Counted from the first letter of the stretch, positions 16,450-24,737 are shown. The stretch is DNA of 32,000 nt from Pirellula staleyi DSM 6068 (GCA_000025185.1 CP001848.1:1980001-2012000); one strand, 5' to 3'. The notes: generated by a model from the letters alone, not told the origin. Translations and numbers: made by a program.

Positions 16450-17058
16450 ATGCGCTGGTTCTGGATCGATCGCTTTATTGAGTTCGAGCGTGGCCGTCGC
16501 GCCGTTGCCCTCAAGTGCGTAAGCATGGCTGAGGAGCAAATCGACGACTATTGTCCCGGCAATCCGTTCATGCCCCATTCGCTCATCATCGAAGGGCTGG
16601 CGCAAACGGCTGGTCTGCTGATTGGCGAAAGTGGCGGATTTGAAGCCCGCGTCGTCCTCGCGAAAGTGAGCAAAGCGGTCTTTCATCGCATGGCGATGCC
16701 GGGCGATCAACTACGCTACACCGCCGCGCTGCAAAGCGTGAGCAAGGATGGCGCCATCGCCAATTGCACCAGTCACATCGGCGATCAGTTGCAAGCTGAA
16801 GTCGATCTGATGTTTGCCTTTCTCGATGATCGATTCCCGAGCGGTCCGCTCTTCGAGCCAGCCGAGTTCGTGGTCCTGTGCCACAGCTTCGGGATGTACG
16901 ACGTTGGCAAAACCGAAACAGGCGAACCGATCCAGCTGCCGAAGTTCTACCAGGATGCCCAAACGGCAGCGCTGGCGACCTACAGCGAAGAGCGTCCCAA
17001 GTCGTCGGTCGTCGTCGAACCTTCGGCCACTACGGCAGGAGCTAGTTCTTCGTCGTAA
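16450..17058 (+). CDS. FabZ/FabA-like hotdog-fold paralog lacking the canonical catalytic His (Tyr34), with a ~70-aa C-terminal tail
   Basis: MRWFWIDRFIEF...DDYCPGNPFMPHSLIIEGLAQ aligns without gaps, residue for residue, with the first ~50 aa of the 15363 gene. Position 34 is Tyr (tat 16549-16551) instead of His, and Glu48 is kept. The start at ATG 16450 is chosen from this alignment. No clear RBS. Confidence 0.7.
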   Translation: MRWFWIDRFIEFERGRRAVALKCVSMAEEQIDDYCPGNPFMPHSLIIEGLAQTAGLLIGESGGFEARVVLAKVSKAVFHRMAMPGDQLRYTAALQSVSKDGAIANCTSHIGDQLQAEVDLMFAFLDDRFPSGPLFEPAEFVVLCHSFGMYDVGKTETGEPIQLPKFYQDAQTAALATYSEERPKSSVVVEPSATTAGASSSS

Positions 17059-17263
17059 TGCCTTGCGGTGTAATGGATTAGGTCGCAGTGCTTGCTCGGG
17101 CGTTGACTCGGCTAGCGGCCTACTTTGCAGGGCTGGCGAAGTCCCTCGCTAGGAGTCGCTTGGCTCGTTTGGTAAGATTTGGTCATCGGGCCCTGATCGT
17201 TTGCAGCTTTTGACTTGCAAACGCTCGATCGCGGCCCGCTAATCCCAGAAGGTGCGAAAGCTT

Positions 17264-18550
17264 ATGCGGCGTCGAGTGGTGATTACCGGTGTGGGCTGCG
17301 TGAATCCCCTCGGACACGATGTGGAAACGATGTGGAGCGCCCTTCGCGAATCGAAATCAGGCGTGGGCTACACCTCGATCTTCGATGCCAGCAAGTTTCC
17401 CACGCGCATTAGCGCCGAAGTGAAGAACTGGGATATCGCTCAAGAAGGCGAAGATAGCGCCACTTGGGCCAAACGAGGCCGCCACACTCGCTTTGCCTGC
17501 GGTGCCGCTAAACAAGCAGTCCGAGCCTCCGGTCTGCTCGACGACAAATCACTCGATCCAGTCCGTTTTGGTGTCTATCTCGGCTGTGGCGAAGGAAGCC
17601 AAGACTTCCTCAGTTTTGCCACCATGATGACCTCGGCTCTCACGCCCGATGGTCTCGACCTCGAGAAGTTCACCAAGACCGGCATGGAACTGCTCGACCC
17701 CTGGGCCGAGATGGAACAAGAGCCGAACATGCCCTCGGGCTATGTGGCCGGTATGTTTGGTGCCCAAGGCCCCAACTTCAACTGCCTGACAGCCTGTGCC
17801 GCCAGTAGCCAGGCCATTGGCGAGGCGACAGAAATCATCCGCCGTGGCGATGCCGATGTGATGCTCTCGGGTGGCGCCCATAGCATGATTCATCCGTTTG
17901 GCGTTACCGGATTCAATTTGCTCACCGCCCTTTCCACCAGTAACGATGCGCCGGAAAAGGCCTCGCGCCCCTTCGACCGTCTGCGCGATGGTTTCGTGCT
18001 TGGTGAAGGTGGGGCAATGGTGGTGCTCGAGGACCTGGAGCATGCGAAGCGTCGCGGGGCACCGATTCTCGGTGAGATTCTGGGTTACGGAACCACTGCC
18101 GACGCCTATCGCATCACCGACATTCACCCTGAAGGTCGCGGCGCGATCGCTTGCATGAAGATGGCGATCAACGATGCCAAGCTCAATCCTTCCGACATCG
18201 GCTATGTGAATGCTCACGGCACCAGTACCAGCGTGAACGATCGGGTGGAGTCGCTCGCCTGCAAAACGGTCTTCGCGGAACGAGCGATGCAAACTCCGGT
18301 TTCGAGCACCAAGAGCATGATGGGGCATCTCATCGCTGCAGCTGGTGTCACCGAGTTGATCGTCTGTCTGTTGGCGATTCGGGATGGCGTGTTGCCGCCG
18401 ACCATCAACTATGAAAATCCCGATCCCGATTGCGACCTCGACTACATCCCCAACGTCGCTCGCGAAGCGAAGCTCGATGTCGCCCTGAGCAACAGCTTTG
18501 GCTTCGGTGGTCAGAACATTTCGCTCGTCGCTGGCCGCTTCAAGGGTTAG
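17264..18550 (+). CDS. Beta-ketoacyl-ACP synthase, KAS II (FabF) type
   Basis: RRVVITGVGCVNPLG, active-site Cys in CLTACAASSQAIG, His in NAHGTSTSVND and MGHLIAAAG, and a C-terminal SFGFGGQN. ATG 17264 follows AGAAGG at 17247-17252; GTG 17252 is an alternative start. Confidence 0.9.
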   Translation: MRRRVVITGVGCVNPLGHDVETMWSALRESKSGVGYTSIFDASKFPTRISAEVKNWDIAQEGEDSATWAKRGRHTRFACGAAKQAVRASGLLDDKSLDPVRFGVYLGCGEGSQDFLSFATMMTSALTPDGLDLEKFTKTGMELLDPWAEMEQEPNMPSGYVAGMFGAQGPNFNCLTACAASSQAIGEATEIIRRGDADVMLSGGAHSMIHPFGVTGFNLLTALSTSNDAPEKASRPFDRLRDGFVLGEGGAMVVLEDLEHAKRRGAPILGEILGYGTTADAYRITDIHPEGRGAIACMKMAINDAKLNPSDIGYVNAHGTSTSVNDRVESLACKTVFAERAMQTPVSSTKSMMGHLIAAAGVTELIVCLLAIRDGVLPPTINYENPDPDCDLDYIPNVAREAKLDVALSNSFGFGGQNISLVAGRFKG

Positions 18551-19194
18551 AGCAAGTTACACGCTGTAGCTTGTGGACCTTGCCGCCGAATTTTTAGCCC
18601 CAGCTGATCGAATTGCTCGGGCTTAACGTCGGGCAAAGCATCGAGCACCTCTTGCCAAGTGCTCGACGACTGAAGAGCCGAGAGAACGGACTCGAGCGGT
18701 TCGGCGAAGATGTTCTCGAAGTCGTATTCTTCGCGGCTTTGGAGCGGAAAAGCGAGTCTCTCAACTGGTGGATCGAACTGGGCCTCGACCCCCGGCTTAT
18801 TCCCCCGAGGATCGACCCGATACCAGCCGAAAGCCTCGAGCCAGATCGCCGCATAGCCGTGCAGGCAATAGGGTCCGCCGTGGTCGTTCACGCTGAGACG
18901 CTGGTAGCAAAAGCCAGCGGGAATGCCGCAAGCACGCAGCAGCGCGACGAGCAAGTGGCTCTTGGCGTAGCAATAGCCGGTGCGATGCTGAAGAACCTGC
19001 GATGCGCGGCAAGTCGCTGGATTGGCCTGGAAATCGCGGCTGTGGCGAATTTCATCGCGCACCCACTCGAAGCAGCGCCGAGAAGTTGCAACTTCGTCGC
19101 CAGCAACCTGCAGCGAGCGAGCAAGTTGCACGATATCCGGGTGATCCACGTCGATCACCCGCGATTGCTTCAGATAGGGCTCGCGGTCATTCAT
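18547..19194 (-). CDS. Transglutaminase-like cysteine-protease-fold protein
   Basis: TGYCYAKSHLLVALLRACGIPAGF (Cys), CLHGYAAIWL (His) and YRVDPRG (Asp) give the Cys-His-Asp order of transglutaminase-core proteins. Start placed at ATG 19194 (MNDREPY); the 243-aa version would overlap the upstream small gene. Confidence 0.75.
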   Translation of the reverse strand: MNDREPYLKQSRVIDVDHPDIVQLARSLQVAGDEVATSRRCFEWVRDEIRHSRDFQANPATCRASQVLQHRTGYCYAKSHLLVALLRACGIPAGFCYQRLSVNDHGGPYCLHGYAAIWLEAFGWYRVDPRGNKPGVEAQFDPPVERLAFPLQSREEYDFENIFAEPLESVLSALQSSSTWQEVLDALPDVKPEQFDQLGLKIRRQGPQATACNLL

Positions 19195-19264
19195 CCCCGC
19201 TGTTCCTACAGCTGAAGCCCGAGATGGAACCTGCGCGAGAGGTGCAAAAGACCTGGGATTCCGC

Positions 19265-19450
19265 TTAGGAATTCGCAACGATGATCACCGTGACGATCGC
19301 CATGACGAGGCCGACCGAGACGATGAAGATCAATTCCCCGGTCACACTCCGCCACGCCTTACTATCGTCGGACATCAGTTCAGCCCGTTCGTCGGGACCG
19401 ATCTGCTGGTGCCATTCAGGTTCGTGTTCGGCGGAGTGTTTAGCGGCCAT
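19265..19450 (-). CDS. Small single-pass membrane protein (61 aa)
   Basis: His/Glu-rich N-terminal half, then one hydrophobic helix GELIFIVSVGLVMAIVTVIIV ending in ANS. It shares a strand with its flanking genes. The RBS is weak (AGGA 11 nt upstream). Confidence 0.45.
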   Translation of the reverse strand: MAAKHSAEHEPEWHQQIGPDERAELMSDDSKAWRSVTGELIFIVSVGLVMAIVTVIIVANS

Positions 19451-19524
19451 CGGACGTTCATCCTGCTTGCAAAATGGGGCGTGGGGTTAGGTCACGCTTG
19501 CCATCGGACCAGGAGGCCGGCTGG

Positions 19525-20004
19525 CTACAGCGTGGGACTATCGAGGTAAGCCTCAAAACTTACCCCGAAACCGCTCTCGAGAACAGCACGTTCGGCTTGC
19601 TCATGCTGATGGAGATCGGCTGCAAATTGTCGAAACTCTTGCCCGATTTGTCGAGCCGCCTCAGGTGTGGCAGCGCGCTCGTCGGCTAGTTTCGCAATGA
19701 TACCATCGAGTTGCCTTAGAAGGCCAGGATGTTCGTGAAGTGCGCGATCAGCATCCCGCCCAACCAGCGGATTCTGCGCAATCGCTTCCTCCATGCATCC
19801 CCCCTCTTCTTCCTGGACAAAGTGATGGGCCAGTTCCACCCTCAGCTGCGAAACACGCTCGAGCATCGGCTCGCGCCAGTTGCCCGAGGTGGTCTCTTCC
19901 CAGTTGGGCATCAGTGCCACAATTTGGCGGAGCAACTTATCGAGCCGCTTGTGCTCGGCCGTCACATGGGTGAGATAGGTGCGGCAAACTTCAAAATCTT
20001 TCAT
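19525..20004 (-). CDS. Hemerythrin-like (HHE cation-binding) domain protein
   Basis: Helical protein with spaced His/Glu ligand-like motifs: TAEHKRL, LAHHFVQEEE, ALHEHPGL, DLHQHEQAE. ATG 20004 follows a GGAGGG RBS 7 nt upstream on the minus strand. The longer ORF-track start at 20124 is unsupported. Confidence 0.6.
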   Translation of the reverse strand: MKDFEVCRTYLTHVTAEHKRLDKLLRQIVALMPNWEETTSGNWREPMLERVSQLRVELAHHFVQEEEGGCMEEAIAQNPLVGRDADRALHEHPGLLRQLDGIIAKLADERAATPEAARQIGQEFRQFAADLHQHEQAERAVLESGFGVSFEAYLDSPTL

Positions 20005-20267
20005 GACAGGAACCCTCCACGCAAAAGTCGAGGTATGCCACTGCCGACGATGCCCAACGAACTGTCCACCGAAGAGCAGTGGGAGTAATTCTCGCGCGAT
20101 GTGATCTCCTAGAGAGGTCACCAATCACTATTTCACGAGCGATGAAGGTTCAGCAGTCATCGCTCCGTAGTTAGTCACAATCGAATCACGATCAAGTAAT
20201 GATCGACAAACAATTCACTTAATTCAGTACAGCGGAATCTAATTAGAAGACTTTAAGTCTCGCCGCA

Positions 20268-20756
20268 TTAGATTGTGCTGGGTTGAGGATTCGTGAGGGG
20301 CGGAGATGCAGGGGCATTCTCTTTGACGGTTTGTGTCACTGGTGTCTTAATGGTGAGGACGGGGCACTTGGCTAGTCGCACTACCGCTTCCGCCACACTA
20401 CCCATGAGGAGCCGCGAAAATCCGCTACGACCATGCGTGGGCATCACGATCAAATCGCAGGCATCTTCTTCCGCTACACGGACAATGGCTCCGGCAGGAT
20501 CGCCGATGGCAAGTCGATGAATGCAAGGTATCGCAGGATCGGTAGGGAGGACTTCGCCGAGCTTGCGCCAGAGCAGCGAACGATCGACAGAATCGAGACC
20601 GAAATACATGTCGGCACCATAAGCAATCGGCGGCTCTTCCACATGCACGATCACAAGCGTGGCCTTCGAGTCGCGAGCGAGCGACGAAGCGAACGCGAGT
20701 GCAGCAGACCCTTGCTCAGAGAAGTCGGTGGGGAACAGAATTTTGCGAACGTTCAT
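20268..20756 (-). CDS. Universal stress protein (UspA family)
   Basis: KILFPTDFSEQGSAALAFASSLA, TLVIVHV and DLIVMPTHGRSGFSRLLMGSVAEAVVRLAKCPVLTI. ATG 20756 has an AAGGAG RBS 8 nt upstream on the minus strand. The 244-aa ORF-track version adds 82 implausible residues. Confidence 0.85.
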   Translation of the reverse strand: MNVRKILFPTDFSEQGSAALAFASSLARDSKATLVIVHVEEPPIAYGADMYFGLDSVDRSLLWRKLGEVLPTDPAIPCIHRLAIGDPAGAIVRVAEEDACDLIVMPTHGRSGFSRLLMGSVAEAVVRLAKCPVLTIKTPVTQTVKENAPASPPLTNPQPSTI

Positions 20757-20891
20757 GGCTGGGACTCCTTCATTCGCGAGTGGTGCTTGCCATCTTTGTG
20801 CCGCACGAATGGGAGAAGTTGCGGCAGAAGATTGGTGGCACTCACTGGACTCGCTTGTCTTGGTCTTCTTGTCGTGCCCATTACCACACAA

Positions 20892-20907
20892 TGCAATCAG
20901 AATGCCA
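20892..20907 (-). promoter_or_regulatory. Sigma-54 (RpoN) -24/-12 promoter directed toward usp
   Basis: The minus strand reads TGGCATTCTGATTGCA against the consensus TGGCACG-N4-TTGCW. That is 10 of 12 specified positions, with exact GG/GC spacing. It lies 136 nt upstream of the usp ATG. Confidence 0.65.
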
Positions 20908-21278
20908 CGGGGGATCATAAAGCAAGTGATTTTGAGCAGAACCGATCGTAAATCGGGATTGATAGCAGCCAGCTGCAAGTTAGCGATGATTTGTTCAAAC
21001 AACCGGCGAGTGCACTACTTGTGTCGTTTTCACGTCGTCGATGTTCGTGAAAATCCTCACGATTACTGGTGCCAGAATTGAATCGCCAAAAAGCATTTTG
21101 AAGTCGACCACTGGTCTCGAAGAGCTGTTTTGAGACGCGCACAAGTGCGCACAAACGCGCGCTTATTTGCCGAATAGCGCGCGGTGTGTCACACTCTATC
21201 TGTGCGAAATGACGCCAAAACCGCAGAAAAGGGGCGACTTTGCCCGTAAACGCCCCCCGAGCGGCCTGTTTGCAGCAA

Positions 21279-21294
21279 CGGCACGGCCTTTGCT
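21279..21294 (+). promoter_or_regulatory. Sigma-54 (RpoN) -24/-12 promoter directed toward the NtrC-type regulator gene
   Basis: The plus strand reads CGGCACGGCCTTTGCT against TGGCACG-N4-TTGCW. That is 11 of 12 specified positions, with exact spacing. It lies 129 nt upstream of ATG 21423. Confidence 0.65.
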
Positions 21295-21422
21295 TCCTTT
21301 TGAGAGGTGCACACTTCTCCTCAGAACGCGATCCAGCCCGGCTGCGCTCTGGGTAGCGAGTTCGCTTTCGGCGATGTGCAAGGGCCAGTTCGAGTTCTCC
21401 AATCTTTCAAGATGCTAGTCCC

Positions 21423-22874
21423 ATGGCTGACTACACCCATATCGATCTGCTTGTGGTGGACGACGACCAAGAGTTTCGCGAAACGGTCGTCAAGCGACTC
21501 TCGCGGAGTGGCTTTCGTCTTCAAGACGCACCGACCGCCGAAGCGGCTCTCGAACTCGCAGAGCGACGTGATTTCGACGTCGCTGTGTTCGACATGCAAA
21601 TGCCTGGCATGTCGGGACTCGATCTGCTCGCCGCGTTCAAGACCAAGCATCCCGATTGCGAAGTGATTTTGCTGACCGGACAGGGCTCGATCGAGTCGGC
21701 TGTCGAAGCGATGCGCATGGGAGCTTTCGATTATCTAACGAAGCCCTTTCCGCTCCGTGATCTCGAAGTGCGGATCGAAAAGGCCTATGACCGCCATCTG
21801 CTTCGCAAAGAGAATCAGCAGCTGAAAACGATTCTCGCTCGTTCGGCCCCGGGCTCGACGATGATTGGCAAATCGGTCGCGATGCAAGAGTTGCAGCGTC
21901 TGATTCAGCGTGCCGGTCCCAGCGAAAAAGCAATTTTGATTCAAGGGGAAAGCGGCACGGGTAAAGAGCTCGTCGCTCGCGCGCTGCATGCGGCCAGTTC
22001 ACGCGCCGATCGTCCGATGGTGGTGATCAACTGCGCTGCTCTTCCCGAACCGCTGCTCGAGAGCGAACTGTTTGGCCACGAAAAAGGGGCTTTCACCGGC
22101 GCTGTTGCCGCTAAGCCGGGGCTCTTTGAAGTGGCTGATGGCAGCACGCTGTTCATCGACGAAATCGGCGAAATGCCTGGCAGCTTGCAGGCCAAACTAT
22201 TGCGAGTGCTAGAAGACGGATCGCTCCGTCGCATCGGCTCGCTGCAAGAGCGACGCGTGAATGTGCGGATCCTCGCTGCCACCAATCGCAGCATGCAGGA
22301 TGAAGTGACCGCCGGCAATTTCCGCGAAGATCTCTACTACCGCATCAACGTGATGTCGCTCGAGTTGCCGCCGCTGCGGAGCCGCACTGCCGACATTCCG
22401 CTGCTGGTCGAGCACTTCCTCGGAAAAGATTGGCGCATCGAACCCACTGCGCTTTCGGCCCTCGAGCAGTACGCTTGGCCGGGCAATGTCCGTCAGTTGA
22501 TCAATGCCATCGAGCGGGCGAAAATCATGGCCGATGGGCGGACCATTCGCGCCAACGATTTGCCGACCGAAGTGCTGCACGCGCTGCCGCAAATCGAACT
22601 TCCACCTTCGCTCGACGACATCGATGATCTGTCGGCCATTCAGCGCCAAAAAATCGTGGAAGTGCTGAAGCGCGAAAAGGGAAACAAATCGCGAGCTGCT
22701 CGCATGCTCGGAATCGATCGACGCAAGCTCTATCGGCTGCTCGAAAAATTCACGATCGAAACGGGCGAAACGCAGCTGGGGCGTCCGCCCGTCGAAAAAC
22801 ATAACGGGGCCGCAAGCCTTGCTCCCAGTGGAGGTGGCGAGGTTCCCGCTGTCCAAGCGAGCTCGAACTGCTGA
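21423..22874 (+). CDS. Sigma-54-dependent response regulator (NtrC/AtoC family: REC, AAA+ and Fis-type HTH)
   Basis: Receiver DLLVVDDD...DVAVFDMQMPGMSGL...KP. AAA+ Walker A GESGTGKE, GAFTGA loop (EKGAFTGA), Walker B LFIDEIGEM. C-terminal HTH GNKSRAARMLGIDRRKLYRLLEKF. Confidence 0.92.
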   Translation: MADYTHIDLLVVDDDQEFRETVVKRLSRSGFRLQDAPTAEAALELAERRDFDVAVFDMQMPGMSGLDLLAAFKTKHPDCEVILLTGQGSIESAVEAMRMGAFDYLTKPFPLRDLEVRIEKAYDRHLLRKENQQLKTILARSAPGSTMIGKSVAMQELQRLIQRAGPSEKAILIQGESGTGKELVARALHAASSRADRPMVVINCAALPEPLLESELFGHEKGAFTGAVAAKPGLFEVADGSTLFIDEIGEMPGSLQAKLLRVLEDGSLRRIGSLQERRVNVRILAATNRSMQDEVTAGNFREDLYYRINVMSLELPPLRSRTADIPLLVEHFLGKDWRIEPTALSALEQYAWPGNVRQLINAIERAKIMADGRTIRANDLPTEVLHALPQIELPPSLDDIDDLSAIQRQKIVEVLKREKGNKSRAARMLGIDRRKLYRLLEKFTIETGETQLGRPPVEKHNGAASLAPSGGGEVPAVQASSNC

Positions 22875-22974
22875 GCACGAACAACTCGCCCAACTTGCTC
22901 GTCGTCAACTTTCCGTAAATTCCGCTGAATCTCGTAAGTGAGGCAAGATAACACACTTATTTCTTGCTATTCTC

Positions 22975-24645
22975 ATGGGCCCGTATGTCGACTCATTCCG
23001 ACCCGCACTGGCAATGCCAGCATGGCCCCTTATGCCTCGTAGCCGAATTCATTCCCGCTATCGCGATTTGAAGCGATATGTGGGGTTTACCGATGAAGAT
23101 GCTGAGCGGATTAGCGCAGCACGGCCGACGCTTGCCTTGCATATTCCCGCACTCGTAGCCGATTTCTACGCCGAGCTTCAGCGTCATCCCGACGCAGTGA
23201 AGGTGATCACCGGTGGGCCTCAGCAGGTGGCCCGTTTGCAGAAAACGCTCCACAACTGGATCGAGCAATTCCTAACCGGACCCTACGACAATCATTACGT
23301 CGATGCTCGTGTGAACGTTGGGCTGCGGCATGTCGAAATCGGACTCGATCAGGTCTATGCCGCTGTTGCTGTCGCGCGACTTCGCTCGGGAATGATTGCC
23401 GCGATCAGCAGCGATGCCAAACTTTCGCCGGCACAACTTTCTCTGACGGTGCAGTCGATCAATAAGCTGCTCGATCTCGATCTCGCGATCATCTCCGATG
23501 TCTATGAAGCCGAGTATGTGCGGCGGATGCAGGAAGCCGAACGCGAGCGGATGCAACTGCTGCTGCATCGCGAAAAGGAGTTCTCCGAGGGGCTGCTCGC
23601 GCATGCACCCGCTGCGGTGTTGGTGCTTGATCTCGAGGGAGTGATTCAGCGGTTCAATCCGTTTTTCGAAACGCTTGTTGGTCGCTCGCTCGATCTGCTC
23701 CAAGGGAGCGACTTTATCGACGCCTGTCTGATGCCCGAAGCTCGCAAACGAGCACGACAGGAACTACTCGCCGAGTCGCTCGACGAAGTGGTCAGGCAGG
23801 CCACCTTTGCTCTCGAGCATCCCACTGGCAAGCTTTATGAAGTTCGCTTTTCACGCGCCACCCTGCGCGATCCAGCAGGCAAGCCGTATGCCATTCTGCT
23901 GCTGGGACACGACGTAACCGACCTGAACATGGCCCAGCGCCGCGCGCTAGAAGCGGAGCGTTTGGCGGCCATCGGCCAGATGTCGGCTGGTCTCGCACAC
24001 GAGGCTCGCAACGCGCTGCAGCGAATTCAGGCCTTCTGCGAACTGCTGGAACTCGAAGTCGAATCCAATGCCAGCGCCGTCGAGCTTGTTCGCCGTATTC
24101 AAAATGCCCAAGGGCACATGCATCGGCTGTTCGACGAAGTGCGGGGCTATGCCGCACCGGTAAATCTCGACTGCGCCACCTGCCATCCGAGTGAAGTGTG
24201 GCGAGAGGCGTGGGAACTTTTGCAGCCGCAGCGTTCCGGTCGCTCAGCGCAGCTGATTGAGGCCCCTGAAGGTAGCGCCACTCCCTGGTTTGTCGACCGT
24301 TTTCGGATGGTGCAGGTCTTTCGAAACTTGCTCGAGAATTCCCTCGCCGCTTGCGAAGATCCCGTGCAAGTCACCATCAGCTGCACCGACACCCTTTGGC
24401 ACGACGAGCCCGCCCTTCGCATCAGTGTGCTCGATAACGGCCCGGGGCTATCGGCCGAGCAGAAGAAGCGAATCTTCGAACCGTTCTACACCACGAAGAC
24501 CCGTGGCACAGGGCTCGGCATGGCCATTGCCACTCGCCTTGTCGAAGCGCACGGAGGGGTGATCGAAGTCGAGAATCGTCCCCTGGGATCGGGCGCTGAA
24601 ATCGTGGTCACGGTGCCGCTCCATCCAGGACAAGCGATGTACTAA
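22975..24645 (+). CDS. Globin-coupled sensor histidine kinase (protoglobin-type sensor, PAS, HisKA, HATPase_c)
   Basis: N-terminus YVGFTDEDAERI...VADFYAELQRHPD...YVDARVNVGLRHVEIGLDQVY matches globin-coupled-sensor hallmarks (distal FY, proximal His in G.RH..IGL). Then a PAS-like segment, the H-box GLAHEARNALQRI, the N-box FRNLLENSL, and the G-boxes DNGPGL and GTGLGMAI. The start could also be ATG 23014 or 23032. Confidence 0.85.
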   Translation: MGPYVDSFRPALAMPAWPLMPRSRIHSRYRDLKRYVGFTDEDAERISAARPTLALHIPALVADFYAELQRHPDAVKVITGGPQQVARLQKTLHNWIEQFLTGPYDNHYVDARVNVGLRHVEIGLDQVYAAVAVARLRSGMIAAISSDAKLSPAQLSLTVQSINKLLDLDLAIISDVYEAEYVRRMQEAERERMQLLLHREKEFSEGLLAHAPAAVLVLDLEGVIQRFNPFFETLVGRSLDLLQGSDFIDACLMPEARKRARQELLAESLDEVVRQATFALEHPTGKLYEVRFSRATLRDPAGKPYAILLLGHDVTDLNMAQRRALEAERLAAIGQMSAGLAHEARNALQRIQAFCELLELEVESNASAVELVRRIQNAQGHMHRLFDEVRGYAAPVNLDCATCHPSEVWREAWELLQPQRSGRSAQLIEAPEGSATPWFVDRFRMVQVFRNLLENSLAACEDPVQVTISCTDTLWHDEPALRISVLDNGPGLSAEQKKRIFEPFYTTKTRGTGLGMAIATRLVEAHGGVIEVENRPLGSGAEIVVTVPLHPGQAMY

Positions 24646-24737
24646 AGTCCCCCGGCAAGCTGGCGTCGCTGGCAGCCGAGCAAAGACTTCTGTCCGACTG
24701 TTCACTATGCTGCGCCGATTTGCTACATTCAATTTCC

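Noticed and set aside
18547-18550. The convergent ketosynthase and transglutaminase-like genes overlap at their stop codons (TTAG gives TAG on plus and TAA on minus).
   Set aside because: This is real but common in compact genomes, and there is no evidence of functional meaning.
20757-21002. N-terminal 82-aa extension of the usp ORF (the 244-aa version). Similar long versions exist for the hemerythrin-like (to 20124), ptsI (to 14845), glsB-like (from 30976) and trxA (from 11616) ORFs.
   Set aside because: Internal ATGs with good GGAG-type RBS coincide with the start of the conserved domains. The extensions are motif-free, and the usp extension would run across the predicted sigma-54 promoter.
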